This document shows positions 35,507 to 43,412 of a stretch of 64,000 nucleotides of DNA, in pieces. This DNA comes from an uncultured Ignavibacteria bacterium (GTDB taxonomy: Bacteria; Zixibacteria; MSB-5A5; CAIYYT01): NCBI GenBank assembly GCA_964576925.1, contig CAZNWJ010000001.1, positions 91,915 through 155,914 on the forward strand. The letters are read 5' to 3'. Each line of letters opens with the position of its first letter. Position 1 is the stretch's first letter. The translations under genes and the position numbers were made by a program. The notes below the pieces were generated by a model. It had not been told where the DNA came from and searched no databases. It saw only the letters and a program-made list of their open reading frames with translations.

Positions 35507-36541
35507 TTAGCCGCCGAACAGGCGATCAATAAAAGTTTTTTTACGCTTCCGCTCAACTTGAAATGTGCCGGCGCGAAGAAAATCAGCAATGGGCCGCGTC
35601 CGATCTTCGTAGCCGGCATCGCCGAGATAGCTTGTGAGCTTGTCTTCGACGTCCGTGGCGCTGGCTGGCCGCTTTTCCGGGTCGAACGCTACGCAGCCGC
35701 GGAGAATCTGACCGAAGTCCTTGAGCAGCGAACGCGCCAGCGGGTCGCGATATTCCGGATAGAGCGCCTCTATACGGAAAGGGCGGTTTTCCCGAACGTT
35801 TTGCCGAGCTTCGAAAATTGTCTGTCCCTGATATGGGTGGCACGCTGTCGCAGCCTCCAGCATGATCAGCCCCAACGCATAGACGTCAGAGCGGCGATCG
35901 GCGTAGCCCGCTTTCAGCAGTTGTTCCGGTGATTCATAAGTTTGCGGAAGATATGGCAACTCAAGCTGCCGCCGGTCAGCAAAGGCTCTTAGCTGATTCG
36001 TGTCACAATCGGCAAGTAGGACCCGGCCATCCGGCGTCAAGAGGATATTCTCCGGACTCAGATTCCGGTGCAGAGGGATCAGGTTTCCGAGGCCGGGAGA
36101 GGGGCGGAGCCCGTGAATCTGCAGCAGGGCCGTTACGGCTCCCAGTGCGATGAGAGCGACCAGGTCGGGGTGAAGCGGCGCAAAGCGCTCGATCACGACG
36201 CGCAGGCTCGTTGCCTCGATATATTCGAACTCGAAAAAGCGAATTCCGGCGTGCTGTCCGGCGGCGTAATAGCGCAGGAGACGATCGCCGCGGAACTCCT
36301 GAAGAAGTCGCGACAGGCGGTCGAAGGTCTCGCCGATTTCAGGGTGCTGCGACAGGCGGCGCCGGAGCACCTTCAGACGCACCGCAGAATTGTCGGAGAG
36401 GCGCCGCGCCCGGAAGCAGTATGTCGTCGGTCCCTCGCCGATCGGATTCTTGTCGATCGCGTAGTTTTGAAACCGCTCCGGCAGGTCGGGATGGTCGAGG
36501 GCGGCAAAGTGAGCGTAGCGTGCTTTATTATGGGTCGACAT
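35507..36541 (-). CDS. Ser/Thr protein kinase-like protein with degenerate catalytic loop (PpkA-like, probable pseudokinase)
   Basis: Kinase fold motifs: Gly loop IGEGPTTY, VRLKVL (Lys), HRNLSPENILL in place of HRDLKPEN, DCD in place of DFG, SPE for APE. Confidence 0.7.
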   Translation of the reverse strand: MSTHNKARYAHFAALDHPDLPERFQNYAIDKNPIGEGPTTYCFRARRLSDNSAVRLKVLRRRLSQHPEIGETFDRLSRLLQEFRGDRLLRYYAAGQHAGIRFFEFEYIEATSLRVVIERFAPLHPDLVALIALGAVTALLQIHGLRPSPGLGNLIPLHRNLSPENILLTPDGRVLLADCDTNQLRAFADRRQLELPYLPQTYESPEQLLKAGYADRRSDVYALGLIMLEAATACHPYQGQTIFEARQNVRENRPFRIEALYPEYRDPLARSLLKDFGQILRGCVAFDPEKRPASATDVEDKLTSYLGDAGYEDRTRPIADFLRAGTFQVERKRKKTFIDRLFGG

Positions 36542-36634
36542 CGTCCATGATGCGCCTGGCGCACCATCCAGCTTGGTTACCTGAGTCGGTGCCGCAACAC
36601 AGGTCCGTTACGGCGTCAGTAGAGCGAAATGTGC

Positions 36635-37003
36635 TTAAAGCCCGAAACTGGGATTGGCGCCGGGAATTCGTTCGTCTTCTACCGTGAAGCGAATTACCGT
36701 CTGCAGGCCGACCTTGATCAGGTCGTTGCTCCGAAGCAACGTTTGCTCGGAGCGGACGCCGTTAATCGTGGAGCCGTTGCGTGACAAGTTCATAAAAAGA
36801 AAGGTATCGCCACGTCGAATCACCGCAAAATGCTCGCGGCTGATGGCAGCGTCCTCATCGGAGAGTACAAAATCGCAACGGTCTCCGGAACGCCCGACGC
36901 GGAACTGGACTGCCTCGGAGGAGAACTGCCGCCCGCGATCCGGACCTTCTTCGACTATCAATAACGGCCTGAGTGCCATAGTCATAGATAATAAGTCGGA
37001 CAC
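36635..37003 (-). CDS. FHA domain protein
   Basis: 122 aa. GRSGDRCDFVLSDEDAAISREHFAVIRRGDTFLFMNLSRNGSTING contains the conserved FHA G-R...S-R-H...N-GT core. Confidence 0.75.
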   Translation of the reverse strand: MSDLLSMTMALRPLLIVEEGPDRGRQFSSEAVQFRVGRSGDRCDFVLSDEDAAISREHFAVIRRGDTFLFMNLSRNGSTINGVRSEQTLLRSNDLIKVGLQTVIRFTVEDERIPGANPSFGL

Positions 37004-37039
37004 GGGGGCAAAATCAACACAATTGTACAGTGGGAGTTA

Positions 37040-37259
37040 CAGGGATTCTTATATTCACTTAACTGCGATAATATCTTCGAATGTCATGATCGACATCAAT
37101 TTAATGCCACAATGACATTTATGTGCGTCATAATGGCAGCACTCTTCTCAATCATGGTCCACACCACTGTCGTTTCTACAAAGTGCTTTCGGGTTGTGAA
37201 GATAACCCATATTTTGTGAGCGGAATAGAATCACGGGGGCGATACGAAGAGGTCAGAGA
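37040..37259. promoter_or_regulatory. AT-rich divergent intergenic region with repeated ATGACAT/ATGTCAT half-sites
   Basis: 256-bp gap between the FHA gene (-) and mrp (+), markedly AT-rich relative to the window. Contains ...AATGTCATGATCGACATCAATTTAATGCCACAATGACATTTATGTGCGTCATAATGG... (37078-37135). Confidence 0.3.
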
Positions 37260-38405
37260 ATGTCTGAGCGGCACGTTCATGATTCACACTCGCACAAAGA
37301 TCAAGTCGGCGGGCTTGCCGGCGTTAAGAACATCATAGCAATTGCCTCCGGCAAGGGCGGGGTCGGTAAGTCAACGGTGTCGGTTAACCTGGCTGTGGCT
37401 TTGAAGCAGACCGGCGCCAAGGTCGGCTTAATGGATGCCGACATCTACGGCCCGAGTCAGCCGGGAATGTTGGGGGCAAGGCACGCCAAACCGGGCATCC
37501 ATGGTAACCTTCTTGAACCGGTAGAGCGGTTTGGAGTGAGCTTCGTGTCGATGGGACTTCTAATCGACAACGACGGCCCGGTGATCTGGCGCGCACCGAT
37601 GGCGATGAAGATTATCCAGCAGTTTATCGGCAATGTCGACTGGGGTGAACTTGACTACTTGCTGATCGACCTGCCGCCAGGGACGGGCGATGTGCAGCTA
37701 ACTCTGGCGCAGCAGGCGCAATTGACCGGCGCGGTGATCGTCACCACCCCACAGCAGGTGGCACTCGGCGTGGCCGCCAAGGGTCTAAAGATGTTCGAAC
37801 AAGTGAACGTGCCGATCATCGGCGTGATTGAGAACATGAGCGGATTCACCTGCAAACATTGCGGACAAGTGACAGAGATTTTCAAGACCGGCGGCGGTGA
37901 AGCTCTCGCTAAACACTCGGATGTGCCCTATCTCGGTGCGATTCCACTCGATCCACAGATCATGATGAGCGGAGATACCGGTGTGCCGTTGGTGGAAGAC
38001 GGAGCCGGCAGCGCCGGGGCACAGGCTTTCCTGGCGGTAGCACGCAGTCTGCAAACGAATGTCGCGCGACTTGCGGCCACGGTTGGAGCCGACGAGCCGG
38101 AGCAGATCGAGCTTCGACAGACCGGTGAGCTGGTCGTTACGTGGAATGACGCTTCCCAAAGCGTCTACAACCCGTTCACGCTGCGTATCAATTGCCCTTG
38201 TGCTTCCTGCGTCGACGAAAACTCCGGCCGGCGGACGCTTGATCCGAAGCGCGTGCCGCTCGATATCAAGGTAGCGAGTTTTGACATGGTCGGACGTTAT
38301 GCGGTCGCTCTTCATTTCTCCGACGGGCACTCGACGGGGCTTTATTCGTTTAAGCTCTTGAGGGAGTTGCCGAAGATTGGCGATGGCGGGTCGTTTGATG
38401 TGTAA
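37260..38405 (+). CDS. apbC: Mrp/NBP35 (ApbC) Fe-S cluster carrier ATPase fused to C-terminal DUF971 domain
   Basis: Deviant Walker [22 protein letters not shown], CxxC (CKHCG). C-terminal ~110 aa ...[29 protein letters not shown]... resembles DUF971. Confidence 0.8.
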   Translation: MSERHVHDSHSHKDQVGGLAGVKNIIAIASGKGGVGKSTVSVNLAVALKQTGAKVGLMDADIYGPSQPGMLGARHAKPGIHGNLLEPVERFGVSFVSMGLLIDNDGPVIWRAPMAMKIIQQFIGNVDWGELDYLLIDLPPGTGDVQLTLAQQAQLTGAVIVTTPQQVALGVAAKGLKMFEQVNVPIIGVIENMSGFTCKHCGQVTEIFKTGGGEALAKHSDVPYLGAIPLDPQIMMSGDTGVPLVEDGAGSAGAQAFLAVARSLQTNVARLAATVGADEPEQIELRQTGELVVTWNDASQSVYNPFTLRINCPCASCVDENSGRRTLDPKRVPLDIKVASFDMVGRYAVALHFSDGHSTGLYSFKLLRELPKIGDGGSFDV

Positions 38406-38414
38406 GTCTGCCCT

Positions 38415-38433
38415 CCCACCGCAAGCGGTGGGG
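38415..38433 (+). terminator. Hairpin CCCACCGC-AA-GCGGTGGG after mrp stop (no U-tract)
   Basis: Inverted repeat 10 nt after the stop. Followed by a second hairpin CCCCC-TTTGCTAA-GGGGG at 38480-38497. Confidence 0.3.
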
Positions 38434-38571
38434 CACCAGATGGACTGTCCCTGGTCTGCGGGAGAATACAACCCCCTAACCCCCTTTGCTAAGGGGGAAT
38501 AGGTTCGACCAAGATCGCCTGATAATTGAAGTCGAGCCAATCGATGCGAGATTAGTGAAAGGAAGTAGAGT

Positions 38572-39159
38572 ATGTCTGAGCAAGAGATCAAAATAACGGC
38601 ACAGCTTTTCCCTGACCCGGATGTCTGCATCTTTCGCGTCGATCGGCCTGTGTTTCCGGGCGGCGCGTATGATTGCAAGTCCGCGGAGATGGCAAAGGAT
38701 TCGCCGCTTCTGGAGGCGCTGTTTGCGCTGAAAGGTGTGCGCGAGATCTTCATTACCGGCGACAGCCTGACCATTTCCAAGGATTCCGATGAAGACTGGC
38801 AAGTGCTGGGTCGCGAGGTCGGCAAGACAATCCGGCAAGCGATCAATTCCGGCAAGCCGCTGATGGCGGAGAATCTCAAGCAGCCGATGCCGCCGGATGA
38901 CGAAATCAAGAAGATCGTCACCGAGATGCTGGAGGAGCAGATCAATCCGGCAATTGCCTCGCACGGCGGGTTTGTCAACGTGGTCGACGTCAAGGAAGGC
39001 CGCATTTTCATGCAGATGAGCGGCGGCTGCCAGGGCTGCGCGTCGTCATCGATGACGTTGCGTTACGGTATCGAGCGGATGATTCGCGAGCGGATTCCGC
39101 AGATTATCGAGATTGTCGATGTCACCGATCATGGCGCGGGAGTGAATCCGTATTATTGA
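38572..39159 (+). CDS. Nfu/NifU-C family Fe-S cluster carrier (Nfu_N + NifU C-terminal domain)
   Basis: C-terminal NifU motif INPAIASHGGFVNVVDVKEGRIFMQMSGGCQGCASSSMT (CxxC). Confidence 0.75.
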   Translation: MSEQEIKITAQLFPDPDVCIFRVDRPVFPGGAYDCKSAEMAKDSPLLEALFALKGVREIFITGDSLTISKDSDEDWQVLGREVGKTIRQAINSGKPLMAENLKQPMPPDDEIKKIVTEMLEEQINPAIASHGGFVNVVDVKEGRIFMQMSGGCQGCASSSMTLRYGIERMIRERIPQIIEIVDVTDHGAGVNPYY

Positions 39160-39250
39160 TCCGCTAACAGCATAAACGAGAATCAGACGGGCCGTCGACC
39201 ATGTGTTGACGGCCCGTTGTGATATGGGGAAGGCTGCCCAACTGTATCCC

Positions 39251-39283
39251 GTAGCCCACCCGGAGCGCCAGCGGAGGGTGGGG
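39251..39283 (+). repeat. REP element (GTAGCCCACCCGGAGCGCCAGCGGAGGGTGGGG), 5' flank of RAYT
   Basis: GTAG tetranucleotide followed by imperfect palindrome. 5 nt from the RAYT stop codon. Confidence 0.7.
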
Positions 39284-39287
39284 CCAT

Positions 39288-39860
39288 CTATTGCAGCTCG
39301 AATGTGTCTACTTCCATCATTGAGCCTTTCCATCCCAGGTAATTTCGACAACTTGACCACGGCCACTCCTCGGCACTTGTCACCAATCCGCGTTTCACTG
39401 GATTTTTGTGGCAGTGCTCGATCCGGCTGCGAACCGCATTGACACTGCGGCAATTGTGATCAAAACACCGCCGTTCCCAAAAAGCGTTGCGCTCAATCCC
39501 ATTTCGTAGGACACGAAATTCTTTCAGCATCTCCGGATCGACCGATCGCAGGGCGCGCAAGGCGGCGTGCGCCGAACGATTCTTGGCGAGTCCGATCACC
39601 GGACCCAATTCGACTTCGACAGGAGGGACGACTACGAGATGGACGTGTTCAGGCATGATGACGTAAGCGAGAAGTCTCAGGTTATTTCGAAGACGAATTT
39701 CTCTGATCGAGTCGATGACGAACAGCTTCAGTGCATCGTAGCGGAGTGCTGGAATATCTCGATGCGTAACGAAAGTAATGAATCGAGCGCGCCCGTCATG
39801 ATCGAAGTGGCGAAGGTTCATGGATGCAACAAATGAGTAGGAAGCTGCGAGGGCAATCAC
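39288..39860 (-). CDS. REP-associated tyrosine transposase (RAYT, IS200/IS605 Y1 HUH family)
   Basis: HUH motif YVIMPEHVHLVVVP. WERRCFDHN (W.RRFWDH-like). Catalytic Tyr region CHKNPVKRGLV. Real start probably MNLRHFDHDGRARFITFVT (39821). Confidence 0.75.
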   Translation of the reverse strand: MIALAASYSFVASMNLRHFDHDGRARFITFVTHRDIPALRYDALKLFVIDSIREIRLRNNLRLLAYVIMPEHVHLVVVPPVEVELGPVIGLAKNRSAHAALRALRSVDPEMLKEFRVLRNGIERNAFWERRCFDHNCRSVNAVRSRIEHCHKNPVKRGLVTSAEEWPWSSCRNYLGWKGSMMEVDTFELQ

Positions 39861-39876
39861 ATTTGGAGAACCGAAT

Positions 39877-39909
39877 CCCCACCCTCCGCTGACGCTCCGG
39901 GTGGGCTAC
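39877..39909 (-). repeat. REP element (revcomp GTAGCCCACCCGGAGCGTCAGCGGAGGGTGGGG), 3' flank of RAYT, inverted relative to 39251-39283
   Basis: One mismatch to the other flanking copy. Inverted orientation. Confidence 0.7.
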
Positions 39910-39912
39910 CGG

Positions 39913-41016
39913 CTATTTGTTCTTTGGACGGGGATCAATGATAAAGGAATGTGCAGCCAAATATCGAAAATTTAGGTTGCCAACTCGCTTCATTTGCGCA
40001 AAGTCATAAACGATGATTGGTCCAGACGGTTTACCGAATGGAGTCTGATCGTTGGCAATGAGGCCGATCTCGCTATTGGGAAGAAACATTAGACCCGTGG
40101 GAGCGAATTCGGGGTACGGAATCGGAAAAGTGATACTGTCGAAGTCAGCAGCCGTCAGGATGACTTCCATAGAACGTGAACCGACATCATACTCAAAGAG
40201 TGTTCCCAAATCCGACGGGAAGTCATCGGGCCCGTAGTAGCCCAAATAGAGCCGATTGCCGACTTGCGGACGAGAGATGAAGAAACGGTAAGGTATGTAT
40301 CGCTCAAAAAGCGGAGCACCGGTTTGTGCGCTGAATACAAGAAAGTAGAAAACCTGCGGGGCAGGAAGAACCACTGCATAGATTTCCGATCCATCACGGG
40401 ACAGGAGAAACCCAGCCAATTGGACAACTGCTCCATCGACCCGCGGGACGGGAATTGACCTGACAATAGTCCAATCATCGACAAACTGATAGACGTCGAT
40501 CGATGTGCCAGCTCCTGTGAATATCTCCGTGCCATCGGAGCCAAAAGTCACTTGGCGGCACGGGATATTGTTCTGAAATTCGACGGAGAGATCAGGCACC
40601 GTCAGCAGGGTTAAGCCCTGGTCGCTGCCAACCGCAAGCAATTGCCCCGAAGGGCTGAGCGATATGCCGCCATCCGGTCGCATCTCCCGCATTGCCAAAG
40701 TATCGTGAGAATCAAAGTCGGTCACGACGATGCCGAGTGGATTGCGACCTTGGAAGATGAGGTATCGAGCATCCGGCGTCAGTCGAAAAGTCACTGGTGG
40801 CTGCTCTGCCCAATAGAGGGAGTCGACGACCTCAAGTGTCTTAAGGCTGTAACGGTACGTATACTGAGCAAACGGTTGCACGATGCCGTATGACACCGTC
40901 AGGTAGTATTCGGCATCTTTCGGCGGAGTCGGGCAATTAGGGCAATCTTCGCCACAGCAGACTAGTGCGACAGTACCGCACAGCAAGAGCAGTGTCAGAA
41001 AGTACTTCCTCACATA
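39913..41016 (-). CDS. Lipoprotein with predicted beta-propeller (WD40/TolB-like) fold
   Basis: ORF 39913..41109. Likely GTG start preceded by AAAGGAGGAAA. Signal plus lipobox LLLLCGTVALVCCG. Repetitive beta-strand-rich sequence. Confidence 0.5.
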   Translation of the reverse strand, partial: YVRKYFLTLLLLCGTVALVCCGEDCPNCPTPPKDAEYYLTVSYGIVQPFAQYTYRYSLKTLEVVDSLYWAEQPPVTFRLTPDARYLIFQGRNPLGIVVTDFDSHDTLAMREMRPDGGISLSPSGQLLAVGSDQGLTLLTVPDLSVEFQNNIPCRQVTFGSDGTEIFTGAGTSIDVYQFVDDWTIVRSIPVPRVDGAVVQLAGFLLSRDGSEIYAVVLPAPQVFYFLVFSAQTGAPLFERYIPYRFFISRPQVGNRLYLGYYGPDDFPSDLGTLFEYDVGSRSMEVILTAADFDSITFPIPYPEFAPTGLMFLPNSEIGLIANDQTPFGKPSGPIIVYDFAQMKRVGNLNFRYLAAHSFIIDPRPKNK

Positions 41017-41361
41017 GATTTCCTCCTTTATGAGATGGGCAAGTGAATCTCGACGCCTGCAACCTCGAAGTTCGCATTGCGGACATTTGTATCCACGTTC
41101 GAATTCCAAAGGGAGCGCTCTGTCACAGTTTCTGCATTCATCCTAGCCTGATGGGTCGCTCATGGCCCTTTGATAGTGCGCGTTGGGATCGATTGGCTGA
41201 ATGAATGTTAACGTAGCACGGAGGGGTTGTCAAGACCTTTTGTCATAAAGAGATTCATTGGTTTCGTGCAGGTGGTGAGAATTCGCCGTACCAAGCTGTG
41301 GCGACACGGCCAAGGTTTTCATTGCGCGCCATCACGCCGCTCCGTATACTGCTCTATTAGT

Positions 41362-42063
41362 ATGAACGGCGGCGCAAACATTGGCCGCAATTGCCGGTTG
41401 TTCCTGGAGCAACTGGAGCAAGTCGCCGGACGCTGCGGACGAAATCCGGCAGAGATTACGCCGATCGCGGTCTCCAAAACGATGTTGCTTGGCGATGCGT
41501 TGGAAGCCGTGAAAGCCGGTTTTGCGGATGTCGGCGAAAACAAGGTGCAGGAAGCCCAGGGGAAATTTGGCAATGTCGAGCGCGACTTCACCCTGCACAT
41601 GATCGGGCACCTGCAGAGCAATAAGGCGAAAGCGGCTGTCGAGTTGTTTGACACGATCCAGTCGGTTGACTCGCTCAAACTGGCGCAGGCGATCGACAAG
41701 GAAGCCGAACGGCTTGGCAAGGTGATGCCGATCTTGCTCGAGGTCAACACCAGCCGCGAGCAGCAGAAGTTCGGACTGGCGCCGGAAGAGACTTCGGATT
41801 TGTTTGACCAGGTCAGCACGCTGAAGCACCTGCGGCTGACCGGTTTGATGACGATCGCGCCGTTTGTCGATGTAGAAGCCCCAATCCGGGCCGCCTTCAG
41901 CGAATTGCGCGGCCTGTTTGAGCGGATCAGGGCCGCGCACCCCGAGGCGGGTGCGTTTACAGAGCTGTCGATGGGAATGACGGACGACTGGGAGATAGCG
42001 GTTGCGGAAGGCGCGACGATGATCCGGATCGGGCGCGCGCTGTTTGGAGAAAGGACTTATTGA
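41362..42063 (+). CDS. yggS: YggS family pyridoxal-phosphate homeostasis protein
   Basis: ORF 41227..42063, start MNGGANIGRN. ...IAVSKTMLLGDALEAVKAGFADVGENKVQEA...LHMIGHLQSNKAK... is typical of YggS/PLPBP. Confidence 0.8.
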   Translation: MNGGANIGRNCRLFLEQLEQVAGRCGRNPAEITPIAVSKTMLLGDALEAVKAGFADVGENKVQEAQGKFGNVERDFTLHMIGHLQSNKAKAAVELFDTIQSVDSLKLAQAIDKEAERLGKVMPILLEVNTSREQQKFGLAPEETSDLFDQVSTLKHLRLTGLMTIAPFVDVEAPIRAAFSELRGLFERIRAAHPEAGAFTELSMGMTDDWEIAVAEGATMIRIGRALFGERTY

Positions 42064-42064
42064 A

Positions 42065-42577
42065 ATGCCGATCACGCCGGTGGATCTGCGGAACGCGAAA
42101 TTCGACAAGAAAATGCGCGGCTATAGTCCGCTCGACGTCGACGCCCTGATTAACGAGGCCGCGGCGGAGATCGAGCGTCTGATCAACGTCAATAACGACC
42201 TGCAGCGGCAGGTCTTGTCGCTCGAAGACAAGCTGCGCACGTTTCAGAATCTTGAGAAATCGCTCAAGGAGACGCTGTTGACTGCGCAACAAGCCGCTGA
42301 AGAAAAGAAGAAGGCCACAGAGCGCGCGGCGGAAGTACAGATTCGTGAGACGGAAGCCGTTTGCGCTGAGATGAAGCAACAGGCGCACAAAGAAGTCGAG
42401 ACGATGAAGTTTGAGTTGGCCTCGTTGAAGATGCAGAAGGTGCGGTTCAGCGCAGAGATCAAGTCGCTTGTGGATGCACACTTGAAATTGCTGGAAGAAA
42501 AGTCCGGTGGCGAAAACCTGGCGGAAGTTGCCTCGCAGGTTCAGAACCTCAGCACAACAATGAGCGAACCAGAATAG
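42065..42577 (+). CDS. DivIVA domain protein
   Basis: MPITPVDLRNAKFDKKMRGYSPLDVDALINEAAAEIERL (DivIVA N-terminal) plus coiled coil. Directly after yggS. Confidence 0.8.
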   Translation: MPITPVDLRNAKFDKKMRGYSPLDVDALINEAAAEIERLINVNNDLQRQVLSLEDKLRTFQNLEKSLKETLLTAQQAAEEKKKATERAAEVQIRETEAVCAEMKQQAHKEVETMKFELASLKMQKVRFSAEIKSLVDAHLKLLEEKSGGENLAEVASQVQNLSTTMSEPE

Positions 42578-42587
42578 GATTGGACCA

Positions 42588-43412
42588 ATGCAGTTGTACG
42601 ATAAGATCATTGAAGCAACAAACTTCATCCGCACCAAGACCAAAGCGGAACCGCAGGTCGGGATCATTCTCGGCACGGGTCTAGGTCGGCTCGGCGAGAA
42701 GATCGAGCGCGAGACGGCGGTCGATTACCAACAGATACCACACTTCGCAGTCTCCACTGTCGAAGGGCATGCCGGTCGACTGATCTTCGGCAAGCTCAAG
42801 GGCAAGTCGGTGGTCGCCATGCAGGGACGCTTTCATTTCTATGAAGGCTACAACATGGAGCAGGTAACCTTCCCGGTGCGCGTCATGAAACAACTCGGCA
42901 TCAAAGTGTTGATCGTCTGCAACGCCGCCGGCGGCATGAATTCGCAGTTTCGCGTCGGCGAGATGGTGCTGATCACCGATCACATCAATTTCCAGGCGCA
43001 GAACCCACTGATCGGGCATAATGACGAGCGCCTGGGGCCGCGGTTCCCCGATATGTACAACTGCTACGACCGCGAACTGGTTGATTTGGCCGAACGCACG
43101 GCCATCGACCTGGGTTACCGGGTGATGCGCGGTGTGTATGCCGCTGTCACCGGGCCGAATCTTGAGACGGCGGCAGAGTACCGCATGCTGCGCGCGATGA
43201 GCGCGGATTTGGTCGGCATGTCCACGGTGCCGGAAGTTCTCGTGGCAAGGCACCAGGGTACCAAGGTACTTGGCGTATCAATCGTCACTGATATGGGATT
43301 GCCGGATGACTTGCATCCTTGCAGTCACGAAAAGATTCTGGCGGCGGCGAACAAGACCGAGCCGCTGATGACGGAAATGATCGCCAGCGTGGTCGAAAGG
43401 ATGCAGCTTTGA
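42588..43412 (+). CDS. Purine nucleoside phosphorylase (PNP/MTAP family, trimeric type)
   Basis: ...VGIILGTGLGRLGEKIE...VEGHAGRLIFGKLKGKSVVAMQGRFHFYEGY...VCNAAGGMN... matches the family I PNP motifs. Confidence 0.8.
   Translation: MQLYDKIIEATNFIRTKTKAEPQVGIILGTGLGRLGEKIERETAVDYQQIPHFAVSTVEGHAGRLIFGKLKGKSVVAMQGRFHFYEGYNMEQVTFPVRVMKQLGIKVLIVCNAAGGMNSQFRVGEMVLITDHINFQAQNPLIGHNDERLGPRFPDMYNCYDRELVDLAERTAIDLGYRVMRGVYAAVTGPNLETAAEYRMLRAMSADLVGMSTVPEVLVARHQGTKVLGVSIVTDMGLPDDLHPCSHEKILAAANKTEPLMTEMIASVVERMQL

Larger units (their letters stand above)
39251..39909 (-). mobile_element. RAYT-REP module (REP - RAYT - inverted REP)
   Basis: Gene plus both flanking inverted REPs. Classic arrangement for REP-associated transposase loci. 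Confidence 0.65.

Noticed and set aside
20174-37003. Interpretation of the contractile locus as an extracellular contractile injection system (eCIS/PVC/Afp-like) or prophage tail
   Set aside because: The locus has two sheath subunits (TssB + TssC), a TssK, and a double-ring Clp_N-containing ClpV-type ATPase with an FHA/kinase module. It lacks tape-measure, tail-terminator, tail-fibre and single-ring Afp15-type ATPase genes. This fits T6SS rather than eCIS or phage.
38415-38433. Hairpin after mrp as a fourth REP copy
   Set aside because: Shares only the CCCACC/GGTGGG arms. It lacks the GTAG tetranucleotide and the GGAGCG...CGGAGG core, so it is not the same family, though a relationship cannot be excluded.
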